Position numbers and translations under genes: made by a program. The notes beneath the pieces are model-generated. The model was not told the origin of the DNA, did no database searches, and saw only the letters and a program-made list of their open reading frames with translations. Below are positions 25,972-34,964 of a DNA stretch of 48,021 nucleotides, piece after piece; position 1 is the stretch's first letter, and each line of letters starts with the position of its first letter. Location of the stretch: sequence record PQ900155.1, one strand, 5' to 3'. The stretch comes from Escherichia phage vB_Eco_CWW26.

Positions 25972-28013
25972 CCATTATCAAACGCGCAGACCTGGGTCGA
26001 CCCTTAACTTGGGACGAACTGGATGATAACTTTCAGCAGGTTGATAATTTGACAGCCGCCGCATCAGCGGCTGTATCAAGTGCAGCTGCTTCAGCTACAG
26101 CCGCCGCAACCAGCGCCACTGCATCTGCAACCAGCGCAACAGATGCAGCTAACTCCGCAGCTAACGCAGCTGCGGCAATTGTGAGCGCTGTCAAGAGTAC
26201 CATCACATTCACGACTGGTGGTACTTTAAATAGTAATCTTGACCGTATCAGTGACGGTACTTATCTGTATTATTGGACTGGTGCGTACCCAGTAACTGTT
26301 GCTGCTGCTTCCACTGTAGAGAGTACGGGTGGGATTGCACCGGGGTTTTGGGCGGTTGACAATGACCAATTAATGAGGAACTTACTCACCACAGTGGGCG
26401 ATGGTACAGGTGCCGATTACATTCCGTTACCCGGAGGCGGTACCGTACAGGATGCGTTGTGGTACAAAACAGTGGAAATGTTCGGTGCGGTAGGGGACGG
26501 AGTAACTGACGATTCTTCAGCACTCCAGTCCGCATTGAATTGGGTATGTGGAGCGTCATACCGTAAATTAGTGTTCAGTTCTGGAAAAAAATACAGACAC
26601 TCTGTAGGTCTTACGGCCACTTTCGGCGCATCTTCTACCATATTTTGCCACATTGACATGTGCGGGGCGTTATACCCCGATGCAACTGTGGGTGATGCAC
26701 TCACCATTTCGGAAGCAACGTATTGCTTCTTCGACCTCAACATAGTTGGTGATGGGTATGATGTCTCCACCATGCCAGATTATTCTCTGCCTGACCCCGA
26801 TGGAGCACAGCAGGGCATCGTCGTGAATTCTTGTCGTGGATGTCGGGTGCATGTCAATGGTAACGGCTATGCTGGTCGAGTGCTGAGGACGAAGGGAACC
26901 GGTACCGTCAAGTTGTCATTCCTCACCATCCAGATCATAACTGGTGAGGGTTCGTGTGGGCAAGCCGCATATCTGGAAGCAACCTCGGATGCATTTGGTC
27001 GAATCTCGCACGCACAAACACAGTGGGATTATTACGGCAGCGTGCTTAAATCATTAACCGACGTTACGATTTCTTACTGGGAGTACGGTAATAAGAACTC
27101 TGCTGTACCAGCACTCTTGATTGATAATTGCGGCAGTTTGGATGGTTCAAACATTACCGGCGGGTCTACGTGGGACGCCGACACATCCACCACACTCAAG
27201 ATTGTAAATGGCCAAGGTATTCATTTCACACGAGTGCAGGTTGGCGAAGCGTATAATGGGTTGGTCATAGAAGGCGAAGGTACTGTTGACGATAAACCTA
27301 CTGTCGTCATTGATTATCTACTCAGCTATAAAACCAACACCGCTGTCACGCTCAATAATACAACAGGTGTTCAGATTAAATCGGGATTGATGGACAACAC
27401 ATATGACGGTGTCGTGTATCGGGGTAATATTCATAATTGTAGCGTGAATATCGATGGTCGTAACAATTTCACTAGGATGCATTTTGCCGGAACGGGCGTG
27501 AACATTGATTCCCTTCGGATTGGTGGTGGGCTGTATACCACGACTACAGCACCGTTCATTAGTATGGTGAACGCAACGGTTAACCAATTGTCGGTAGTGG
27601 ATACTGTCGTCAATACCGCAGGTCTGTACTTGAACATCCCAACAAGTAACCAGTGCGTCGTGCGTGGTGGGATGTGGTCTGGCTCTGCATCTGCCACACC
27701 GATACCTGCTCGCCCTAAGCACATAAGCGGTGTTGTCGGGGTCAAAACCGTATATCTCAGCGCTGCCGCAAGTTTCCCCATTGGGACAGTACAGGGGGAT
27801 ACTTTAACATTGACTCATGGTCTATGGGCAACCCCATATCAGTTGAATGTGACTCCTTTCAACGTTAGTTTGGGTACTACTTTTGCCAATGGTAATATCG
27901 TCGTCAAAACTTTATCATCTACTCAGGTTGTTCTAATGTACACGGGGGCCACTACTTTGACTGAGAGCATACCTCTCATCGTAGAGATGAGATCTGAATC
28001 GAGACTGGATTGA
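25968..28013 (+). CDS. Tail fibre/tailspike with right-handed beta-helix (pectate-lyase-like depolymerase) domain
   Basis: 681 aa. N-terminal RADLGRPLTWDELDDNFQ and an Ala/Ser-rich coiled stalk, then VEMFGAVGDGVTDDSSALQSAL, typical of beta-helix depolymerases. Confidence 0.7.
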   Translation: MTIIKRADLGRPLTWDELDDNFQQVDNLTAAASAAVSSAAASATAAATSATASATSATDAANSAANAAAAIVSAVKSTITFTTGGTLNSNLDRISDGTYLYYWTGAYPVTVAAASTVESTGGIAPGFWAVDNDQLMRNLLTTVGDGTGADYIPLPGGGTVQDALWYKTVEMFGAVGDGVTDDSSALQSALNWVCGASYRKLVFSSGKKYRHSVGLTATFGASSTIFCHIDMCGALYPDATVGDALTISEATYCFFDLNIVGDGYDVSTMPDYSLPDPDGAQQGIVVNSCRGCRVHVNGNGYAGRVLRTKGTGTVKLSFLTIQIITGEGSCGQAAYLEATSDAFGRISHAQTQWDYYGSVLKSLTDVTISYWEYGNKNSAVPALLIDNCGSLDGSNITGGSTWDADTSTTLKIVNGQGIHFTRVQVGEAYNGLVIEGEGTVDDKPTVVIDYLLSYKTNTAVTLNNTTGVQIKSGLMDNTYDGVVYRGNIHNCSVNIDGRNNFTRMHFAGTGVNIDSLRIGGGLYTTTTAPFISMVNATVNQLSVVDTVVNTAGLYLNIPTSNQCVVRGGMWSGSASATPIPARPKHISGVVGVKTVYLSAAASFPIGTVQGDTLTLTHGLWATPYQLNVTPFNVSLGTTFANGNIVVKTLSSTQVVLMYTGATTLTESIPLIVEMRSESRLD

Positions 28014-28726
28014 TGAACTTCTTCCCCGCTCCCTACTTCGTACCGCTGACAATTGTCAGCGGCTACGTCGCAAATGAGTCAGATGCTCCGAATCGCATCT
28101 ACGCTCAGTACCGTAACAAGCCAAAGGCTATCGCATGGTATAACATCACGTGTAGCCTGGCTACACAGATTGCAGACGTAGCTACAGCTGTGCGCATAAT
28201 GTATGCGATTGATTATGCACAGGGTGAACAGCTCGACGTTATCGGACGCATTGTGGTGATACCCCGGGATTTTATGGGTGAAGTCACGATGAAAACAGCG
28301 ATGTGTGCCAGTGATGTTAATGGTCCGGCTGAATTCGGTGACACTGCTGCGATGTGTAGTGTACCATCGATTGACCAGTCGATGATGATGTCGGATAACT
28401 TATATCGCCTGGCAATTAAATCTAAGATTTTAAAAAATAACTCATACTCGACCATTGAGGACATTATTAATGGGTTGAATTTCCTGTTACCAAACGCACG
28501 GGCCACCCGTCTGGTCGATGGTGAGGACATGAGTTTCTCCGTCGAATTTTACGGACAAATCACAGACCTTGAACGGTGGGCGCTCGTTAATGCGTCTTTC
28601 ATTCCGAAGCCGCAGGGGGTAAAATTCAATGGTTTCCTTGAGGCTTACGATTATGTACAGGCAGGCGATTCATCAATGCAATTTGGTGACTCACTGGCGC
28701 AAGCGACCGGATTTATAGGAGTTTGA
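28010..28726 (+). CDS. Baseplate/tail-fibre associated protein (DUF2612-like?)
   Basis: 238 aa, coupled between two fibre genes. Confidence 0.4.
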   Translation: MMNFFPAPYFVPLTIVSGYVANESDAPNRIYAQYRNKPKAIAWYNITCSLATQIADVATAVRIMYAIDYAQGEQLDVIGRIVVIPRDFMGEVTMKTAMCASDVNGPAEFGDTAAMCSVPSIDQSMMMSDNLYRLAIKSKILKNNSYSTIEDIINGLNFLLPNARATRLVDGEDMSFSVEFYGQITDLERWALVNASFIPKPQGVKFNGFLEAYDYVQAGDSSMQFGDSLAQATGFIGV

Positions 28727-28729
28727 ATA

Positions 28730-29587
28730 ATGGCTTTAGACCGCAGCAACCGTTACCCGGGAAGGTTTGAGAATCCCACAACTGTATCACCCCAGGGAGC
28801 ATTTAAAAACCGCACATCACCAACGGCGGAAGATGGTTCGTATTTCGAGGCTGACTGGGCCAATGACTGGGATGGTTTTTTTGCTCGCATCCTCAACGTG
28901 GCGGGTGTTACGCCAAATGGAACCGTCGATAACGGTACGTCGAGCCAGCTTTACGACGCACTCATGACTGCCACACCGGGTCGGTTGTTGAATGTGCGTA
29001 CACTCACATCGTCTGGGATTTATACCCCGACAACAGGTACGAAGGCCATTAAGGTGACTCTCACCGGTGGTGGTGGCGGTGGTGGTGGTTGTCAGGCAAC
29101 TAGTACATCCGATACGTTCTCTGGTGCCGGTGGTGGCGCAGGTGGGACTGTTGTCGCCTGGATTACTTCCCCAGCGTCGTCATACTCTGTAACGATTGGT
29201 GCTGGTGGTGCCGGCGGCGTGGGTGCAAACGCGGGTTCTGCTGGTGGAAACAGTGTATTCGGCACACTAACAGCGGGTGGTGGTGGTGGTGGTCTGAAAT
29301 CATCTGTTACGTCCACGCCAGGTGGTTTGAGTGGTACAGCAACCGGCGGCCTAATAAACATTCGTGGTGGTGATGGTAGTGATGGTCAGAACGGTACGTA
29401 TTTCGTCACCGGTAACGGTGGGTCATCCTTCTGGGGCGGTGGCGGTCGTGCCGGTGCGTTAGGTGGGGTTACCGGGAAAGCCCCTGGTAGTGGTGGCGGC
29501 GGTGCATATGATGTTGGTGTGAGTGGTACATCATACACCGGTGGAGCGGGTGCTGCCGGTATCGTAATGATTGAGGAATACTCATAA
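28730..29587 (+). CDS. Glycine-rich tail fibre protein
   Basis: 285 aa. A conserved-looking fibre N-terminus (YFEADWANDWDGFFARILN) is followed by long GGxGG tracts. Confidence 0.6.
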   Translation: MALDRSNRYPGRFENPTTVSPQGAFKNRTSPTAEDGSYFEADWANDWDGFFARILNVAGVTPNGTVDNGTSSQLYDALMTATPGRLLNVRTLTSSGIYTPTTGTKAIKVTLTGGGGGGGGCQATSTSDTFSGAGGGAGGTVVAWITSPASSYSVTIGAGGAGGVGANAGSAGGNSVFGTLTAGGGGGGLKSSVTSTPGGLSGTATGGLINIRGGDGSDGQNGTYFVTGNGGSSFWGGGGRAGALGGVTGKAPGSGGGGAYDVGVSGTSYTGGAGAAGIVMIEEYS

Positions 29588-29818
29588 GGTTTTACAACCT
29601 TCCCACCAGTTTTGCCACCGGGACACTCTGTCCCGGTCGGACATCAGAACTTCCCCGTTATGTGGAATTACCGTAGCGGCTCGTTCAGGGTCGCCATTAA
29701 TCGTCCACAATTCACCACTCGGCGTAAGCAGGTCGTTAGATGGCGGCGGACATTTGCGTACTTCCTGAGTACACGCGGCTAAAGTAAGTACAGATATCAG
29801 CAGGATAAGTTTTTTCAT
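29582..29818 (-). CDS. o-spanin (outer-membrane lipoprotein, Rz1-like, separate architecture)
   Basis: Lipobox LTLAAC after a signal sequence, Pro-rich. Its ATG overlaps the stop of the i-spanin gene. Confidence 0.75.
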   Translation of the reverse strand: MKKLILLISVLTLAACTQEVRKCPPPSNDLLTPSGELWTINGDPERAATVIPHNGEVLMSDRDRVSRWQNWWEGCKTL

Positions 29819-30132
29819 TTTACAGTCGCATCATACAGGTCGAGGATACCGCTTTCTTTGACACACTGAGCGGTGGCGGAGTCTTTGATTCGGTCACGGT
29901 AGATGGCGACTTTTTCAACGACTTTTTTGGAACGAGCTTCTTTCAGTTCCTGTTGCTTTTTCTGCAATTCCACATCGGAAGCATTGAGTTTTTCTTGTAG
30001 CGCATTACGGGCTTCAACGACTGTCTTATATTCTTTGAAATCGTCCAACTTGACCGACTGCTTCCCTTGTGAATATCCCCACCAGAACGCCAGCGCAAGC
30101 AACACAAGTGCTGGTATAATTGTGCGCATCAT
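29815..30132 (-). CDS. i-spanin (Rz-like)
   Basis: This is track ORF 29815..30156 trimmed to ATG 30132, which forms an ATGA overlap with the endolysin stop. It has an N-terminal TM (IIPALVLLALAFWWGY) and a coiled-coil periplasmic domain. Confidence 0.75.
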   Translation of the reverse strand: MMRTIIPALVLLALAFWWGYSQGKQSVKLDDFKEYKTVVEARNALQEKLNASDVELQKKQQELKEARSKKVVEKVAIYRDRIKDSATAQCVKESGILDLYDATVK

Positions 30133-30671
30133 TTCTCCCCCAGTGTATACAGGCACAAATACTCTTCCTGCTCCCGACGAATTGGCTGCCCGGAACAGTT
30201 GTTGCTTTTGATACGGCAGTCTTTACCGCCATCAAAAACCCAACGTGGAATCTGTTTACACGCATTCTTCCAGTCGCCTTTTTGCAGTAACTTAAAGAAT
30301 GTTGACCCCTTACATTTGGTAGGTCCAATGTTGTACGGGCAGAACGATGCAATACCGACCTGTTGCACCGGGTTCAGTTTTACCGGAATATTCTCACGTA
30401 CCCATTCGAGTGACTTCTGCGCTTCCTTATCGTTCAGAAGGTCACATTGCTTTTCGGTAAGTCGCATACCCTTTGTGACTGGTTTACCATCAATGCGTGT
30501 GATTCCACGACAGATGGTCCAGATACCTTTACCGTCCCGGTACGCAGTGGTGCGGTTACCTTCCTTCTCGTTCAGGAACTGGTTGAACAGGTCCGTCTGC
30601 GTGACTACTCCCCCCCCTAATGCAAATACTGCCAGGAGTGCCGTCATTTGCTTACTTAAAGGATTTTTCAT
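30129..30671 (-). CDS. SAR endolysin (GH24 lysozyme)
   Basis: This is track ORF 30129..30692 trimmed to ATG 30671. It has a Gly/Ala-rich weak TM (TALLAVFALGGGVV) and the catalytic E-x8-D-x5-T triad (EGNRTTAYRDGKGIWT). Confidence 0.85.
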   Translation of the reverse strand: MKNPLSKQMTALLAVFALGGGVVTQTDLFNQFLNEKEGNRTTAYRDGKGIWTICRGITRIDGKPVTKGMRLTEKQCDLLNDKEAQKSLEWVRENIPVKLNPVQQVGIASFCPYNIGPTKCKGSTFFKLLQKGDWKNACKQIPRWVFDGGKDCRIKSNNCSGQPIRREQEEYLCLYTLGEK

Positions 30672-30725
30672 TTTGTTACACTCGTTGTACAATTAAGCTT
30701 AATCCTAACATATAAAGGCGACAAA

Positions 30726-30836
30726 ATGTACAAGACTAAACCACGTAAAGCAGGTGACGCCGGTGGGACATGTGTTAAACCCCGTGGTAAAACAGGTGAC
30801 GCGGGCGGTTCCAAAGTAAAACGCCGGACCAAATAA
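30726..30836 (+). CDS. Possible small basic peptide (36 aa) with an internal repeat
   Basis: Read by hand: MYKTKPRKAGDAGGTCVKPRGKTGDAGGSKVKRRTK. The SD is weak (AAGG). At the DNA level, caggtgacgc-gg-gg occurs twice. Confidence 0.3.
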   Translation: MYKTKPRKAGDAGGTCVKPRGKTGDAGGSKVKRRTK

Positions 30837-30839
30837 ACA

Positions 30840-31250
30840 ATGTACACCTTCCTGATTGCCTCGCTAATCGTCAGACCCCGGAGAGCCTCGTTTCTCTTCG
30901 TGCTGGTGGCAACTCTCTTTCAGGAGTTATGTGGTAATATGGATGGTTCGATTTATTTTTTCCTCGCCGCATTTTGTGATTTCATCGTAGCCGGTGTTCT
31001 GTACCATTTTGGAACATCCCGAAAGTCTCTCGACATGATGCTCATCAGCATTGTTTCCATGTCGATCAATCTGACAGGCTGGCTCCTGTGGTTTTTCTAT
31101 CAACCGCTCGATGTCTATGTGGCAATGTTCACGGTGCTGTACTGTGCGGCAATCCTCACGATACTGAAAAAGGATAGTGACGATGCTGGAGGTATTGCGG
31201 TTCATATCGACAACTCTGGTCATCATCCTTATGCTGGCGCAGGTCGTTGA
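30840..31250 (+). CDS. Multi-pass membrane protein (136 aa; holin/antiholin or exclusion candidate)
   Basis: Three or four hydrophobic helices, adjacent to the holin-like gene and divergent from the endolysin. Confidence 0.5.
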   Translation: MYTFLIASLIVRPRRASFLFVLVATLFQELCGNMDGSIYFFLAAFCDFIVAGVLYHFGTSRKSLDMMLISIVSMSINLTGWLLWFFYQPLDVYVAMFTVLYCAAILTILKKDSDDAGGIAVHIDNSGHHPYAGAGR

Positions 31251-31276
31251 GTGGTATATCAAAGCGAGAAAACATT

Positions 31277-31558
31277 ATGAGCTTTACCGGAAACACACAA
31301 GCCGGAACGGTAGTAGCAAGCGGAACGACGGTAACGGGTCTAATGACTAAGTACGGTATCACCCCGGAAACCATCGGTATCTTCGCAACATTAGTGGGTA
31401 TCGTACTTTCTCTGGTGATGATTTACGGTCACATCAAGCGTATCAGAAATGAATCGGCGGAACGCAAGGAAAAGGAAGCCATTGCGAGAATTGAAAAGGA
31501 AAAGGCAGAGATTGAACTTGCTGAAATGCGCCGAAGGATGAACAACCCGGCGCAGTGA
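31277..31558 (+). CDS. Holin-like protein (93 aa, one TM, charged C-terminus)
   Basis: This is track ORF 31247..31558 (TTG start), with ATG 31277 preferred. TM IGIFATLVGIVLSLVMIYG is followed by a Lys/Glu/Arg-rich tail. Confidence 0.5.
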   Translation: MSFTGNTQAGTVVASGTTVTGLMTKYGITPETIGIFATLVGIVLSLVMIYGHIKRIRNESAERKEKEAIARIEKEKAEIELAEMRRRMNNPAQ

Positions 31559-31574
31559 CGCGCCGGTAATTTCA

Positions 31575-31916
31575 CTACCCGTAAGGCTTCCACACGACCA
31601 CGGATGCTTTTTCGCATTGCCTTACCATATCCGCAGTCCCATTACCGCCGGGAAACGCAACACAGTAATCGGGTTTTCCAAAGTTTAACATTGCCCAATT
31701 TCGTTTCGGTCCGGCCCCTTTACCATGTGCATTCCACAGGGCATCCATTCTCATAACGAACACGCCGTGTTTCTTAGCCCACATGTCAGCGATGCTATCC
31801 GCACCTCTCGCACCACCGTGGATAATTAGTTCAATTTTGAACGGCAACATCTCCATAGCTTTTTCGAACGCATCAAAATCCGAATAACCCCGCCCACCTG
31901 TTATGAGAACTTTCAT
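31575..31916 (-). CDS. SLOG-superfamily protein (DUF2493-like)
   Basis: 113 aa. KVLITGGRGYSD...IHGGARGADSIADMWAKKHG...HGKGAGPKRNWAML...AFPGGNGTADMV matches the DUF2493 pattern. Its start overlaps the polymerase stop. Confidence 0.7.
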   Translation of the reverse strand: MKVLITGGRGYSDFDAFEKAMEMLPFKIELIIHGGARGADSIADMWAKKHGVFVMRMDALWNAHGKGAGPKRNWAMLNFGKPDYCVAFPGGNGTADMVRQCEKASVVVWKPYG

Positions 31917-34027
31917 TTTGTGACCCCCAACAACGGCAGAACTAACTTTTCCGCTTCCTGAATGTACCAGTCATAATTTAGTGCACCCCAGTCAAAATCC
32001 TTAGCGTCGGCACACTCTGTCACCTTCCATCCTACATACATCCCGGTTTCACGCACTGCATCATGCTTGCTGCGGCTTTTCGTGTGGATACGCTCGTCCC
32101 ACGGTGTGCCGATGCTGTCGAGTTCTCCAGGTTGACCGGTAATCTCACACATTACCTCGTTGTACACGTCGTCCTTGATACCATTCTTACGCTTCCATGT
32201 GCCCGGTACACCGGTTGGCGGTAACAGCTTAACCAGTGACCCACCATTACGCGAGATAAACACACGTGTGGTATTCTGCATCTCCTGTTCAGCACCCCAC
32301 TCAGGCCAACGCATGACCAGACGTGCGCTTCTGGGCACCTTAGCACGTAGCATAAAGTCGAACGGGTCACGGTGCTGTGTGATGAATGTGCGAATGTCCA
32401 CACCGTGTACGAGGGCTGCTTCAGCTGCGCGGGCAACAATCATCGCCGATGGGTCCTGATGCCACTGGTAATTGTACTCGTAAGCGCCTTTACGCTTGAT
32501 TTTACCGTCCGTACCAACCTGAATATAGTTGTTCACATCTCGCTGATAAACCGAGGCGATATCCTCGCATTCCAGATTCAGTTGTGTGACATCCATCCAC
32601 CACTGACACACATTGTCAACGTGTTCCAGGCATTGCGCCGGGTGGTGCAGGATGAGGCCATCGGTGTTAGTCTGCACGATGGTCATCTGTGGGACTTTAC
32701 GCAACTGTTCGACCAGCATCGCCATACTCAACTGACCAGTAATGGTAATGCTCAACAGACATTTGTGGTCACAGAAAGGGCTGAAGCGACTACCCATATT
32801 CCCGAATGTACCGTTTAGTGCTAGTTTGAGCGTGGCATCGACTACCTTATCACCCGCACGCTTTGCATCACGGCGGCGAAAAAATAACTGTTCGTACACA
32901 TCGCAAAATGTTTCACCAAGGTGCTCGGGATAGTACCGGTTTTTAATGGCGAGCGACGGATACAGACTTGTCACATCGCGCGCGCTCATAACGAAACCGT
33001 CACCGGATTTATAAATGCAGTTCGGAATCCCACTGTGGATACCACCCAGCCCGAATGTATATTCAATACCATCAACAGTGGCGACCATGTCACTAAATAC
33101 GCCTTTGGTGGTCAGTAATTCATCCTGTTGCTTTTTGGTCAACACTACCGATTTCATTCTGTTCATGATATCGGTGAACTCTGTTGTCTCCAGCTTGACA
33201 TATGGAGGAATCACATCGGTGAGCGCAATACGTTCACGAATGGTTACCCCGGAGCAATCTACCCCGGCCTTTTCCAGTTCGTGAACGAATATATCTTTGC
33301 CGATTTTTGTATCGGCGTGGTTCATAAAGTTACGTCCGTATTGCTTTGTCAGTTCCTCGCGGAAATGAATTTTGTCGAGTGAACGTACAAAGAATTTAAG
33401 TGTTTCGCGAACGTCGTGCTTGTTGTATGCGATGAGAATGTCTTTCTGCTGGTCGTTTAGCACCATTCCGACCGGGAATGGCAGGTCTTTTACGTTAGGG
33501 GACTGCATACCCACTTCTAACGCCTTCAGACTAGTGCGTCGGGCTTTATTATCGAAGTGGTTTATTTTGTACAGATCAATCTGCTCGAAAATCTGGTCGC
33601 GGTCCCATATAATTTCTGGCCACTGACCTTCGGGCTTAATCTGTGATTGCGCTTTTGCGTAAATCTGTTCCAGTGTACAACCCGGTGCATTGACCACGTA
33701 GTGCAGCACTGGATAGTCGAATGCCAGGTTATTAAATCCAATCCCACGGGCCTTACTACGTCCCAGGTTGAATACGAATTCGATTAATTGCGACTGCTCG
33801 TTTTTGCGGTCACTGATTTCGAAGATTAACTCCATACCCGTCGCAGCGTGAATAAATGAGGCGGTGAAGATGTTAGGATATGTTTCGATGTCCCACCCCC
33901 AGTCCCGCGGGTCCAGTGGTGCGATGCTGGAGAACGCCGAATCAGCCCCACAGTGGGGGCAATTGTGGAGGTCAGCGGGATAATTTTTGCCACACGTTGC
34001 ATCCTCGCATTTTGATAAATAGTGCAT
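31913..34027 (-). CDS. Family B DNA polymerase with 3'-5' exonuclease domain and N-terminal zinc ribbon
   Basis: This is track ORF 31913..34057 trimmed to ATG 34027, which has a GGAGAGG RBS. Exo I WDIETYPN, Exo II NNLAFDYPVL and Exo III YNKHDV are present. Pol motifs are A DVTSLYPS, B KLALNGTFG and C TNTDG. CxxxxC...CPHC lies at the N-terminus. Confidence 0.85.
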   Translation of the reverse strand: MHYLSKCEDATCGKNYPADLHNCPHCGADSAFSSIAPLDPRDWGWDIETYPNIFTASFIHAATGMELIFEISDRKNEQSQLIEFVFNLGRSKARGIGFNNLAFDYPVLHYVVNAPGCTLEQIYAKAQSQIKPEGQWPEIIWDRDQIFEQIDLYKINHFDNKARRTSLKALEVGMQSPNVKDLPFPVGMVLNDQQKDILIAYNKHDVRETLKFFVRSLDKIHFREELTKQYGRNFMNHADTKIGKDIFVHELEKAGVDCSGVTIRERIALTDVIPPYVKLETTEFTDIMNRMKSVVLTKKQQDELLTTKGVFSDMVATVDGIEYTFGLGGIHSGIPNCIYKSGDGFVMSARDVTSLYPSLAIKNRYYPEHLGETFCDVYEQLFFRRRDAKRAGDKVVDATLKLALNGTFGNMGSRFSPFCDHKCLLSITITGQLSMAMLVEQLRKVPQMTIVQTNTDGLILHHPAQCLEHVDNVCQWWMDVTQLNLECEDIASVYQRDVNNYIQVGTDGKIKRKGAYEYNYQWHQDPSAMIVARAAEAALVHGVDIRTFITQHRDPFDFMLRAKVPRSARLVMRWPEWGAEQEMQNTTRVFISRNGGSLVKLLPPTGVPGTWKRKNGIKDDVYNEVMCEITGQPGELDSIGTPWDERIHTKSRSKHDAVRETGMYVGWKVTECADAKDFDWGALNYDWYIQEAEKLVLPLLGVTK

Positions 34028-34043
34028 CTCTGTTCCTCTCCGT

Positions 34044-34066
34044 AAGAAAAGCCCCAATTAAGGGGC
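34044..34066 (-). terminator. Terminator/attenuator-like hairpin just upstream of the polymerase gene
   Basis: The minus strand reads gcccc-ttaatt-ggggc followed by ttttctt. It lies between the stop of the 59-aa ORF and the polymerase RBS. Confidence 0.45.
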
Positions 34067-34245
34067 TAAACGATAATAGTGTCACCTACTTTTAAAGCGT
34101 AGGCTTCATTTCGGTCTTTGAACCATCTTTCTGTATTTGAAACACTTCCCCAGCAGTTGTATTCAATCTTGACACGGTATGTTTGATACTCTTCATCCCA
34201 CATCGGTTCTTCCACTTTGGTTACCGTTGCATTAAGATTATTCAT
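34066..34245 (-). CDS. Hypothetical small protein (59 aa)
   Basis: Read by hand: MNNLNATVTKVEEPMWDEEYQTYRVKIEYNCWGSVSNTERWFKDRNEAYALKVGDTIIV. It has an ATGA overlap with the upstream ORF. Confidence 0.45.
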   Translation of the reverse strand: MNNLNATVTKVEEPMWDEEYQTYRVKIEYNCWGSVSNTERWFKDRNEAYALKVGDTIIV

Positions 34246-34391
34246 CCCCGTGTATACTCCGTATCATTTGTTTTATTTAACCCATTCTGGTTAATGTATT
34301 CCCGGCGTTGCTCCTGCACCTGTTTAATAGCCTTTTCCAGTTCGGCTAACTTGTCATCAAACTGTTTCAGTCGTTGGTCGTGTTCGGTCAT
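34242..34391 (-). CDS. Hypothetical small coiled-coil protein (49 aa)
   Basis: Read by hand: MTEHDQRLKQFDDKLAELEKAIKQVQEQRREYINQNGLNKTNDTEYTRG. It has an ATGA overlap with the exonuclease stop. Confidence 0.4.
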   Translation of the reverse strand: MTEHDQRLKQFDDKLAELEKAIKQVQEQRREYINQNGLNKTNDTEYTRG

Positions 34392-34921
34392 AATTTCACC
34401 CCGTGCTTTTCACAAATTTCAATTAAGTGCCACGCTTGCGTGCGAGCGTCATCCAACGCATTATGATGCGTACCGAAACGGTCGCACTTAACGTCTGGAA
34501 ACAGCGATTTCATTGTGCGATAACAACGGTCATTCCAGAATTTCCACGGTTGGTTTTGACCGCATTTACGATATGCAGCACTGAGAATGGTGTTATCGAA
34601 TGCAGCACCGTTCCCCCACATCTGAACATCGCCGAATTTTTCCAACCAGGTTGCAAAATCATTAAGAACGGTTGCGAGAGATTGGGCTTTTTCGTTGTTC
34701 TCAAATGCAGCACGTGCGGCATCGGATTGTTGCAACCACCACAGCACTGTAGAAGTGTCCATTTCAAGTCCCTGACGCACTGAGCTATCAAGCGACACTT
34801 GCGCATAAAACCCTTCTTGCTCAACATTCTGAGCATCAAAAATAACCGCACCAATGGCAATAATTGCTGCACGATTACCGTTGCCCATTGTCTCAAGGTC
34901 TAACATGCAATGTTTCATCAT
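34388..34921 (-). CDS. DEDD (DnaQ-like) 3'-5' exonuclease
   Basis: 177 aa. Motifs CMLDLETMG (Exo I), GNGAAFDNTIL (Exo II) and HHNALDDA (Exo III, DEDDh). Confidence 0.8.
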   Translation of the reverse strand: MMKHCMLDLETMGNGNRAAIIAIGAVIFDAQNVEQEGFYAQVSLDSSVRQGLEMDTSTVLWWLQQSDAARAAFENNEKAQSLATVLNDFATWLEKFGDVQMWGNGAAFDNTILSAAYRKCGQNQPWKFWNDRCYRTMKSLFPDVKCDRFGTHHNALDDARTQAWHLIEICEKHGVKL

Positions 34922-34964
34922 CTCTCCGGATTAAATTACCCCGGCTCGCACCGGGGCGTTGTAG

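Noticed and set aside
29092-29361. Pro-rich antisense ORF, and (GGT)n triplet runs (e.g. about 29062..29095 and 29275..29295) as possible phase-variation tracts in the Gly-rich fibre gene
   Set aside because: The Pro-rich ORF is the complement of Gly codons. The GGT runs are short (5 units or fewer), interrupted and in frame. At most they would change Gly-tract length, not switch the gene on and off.
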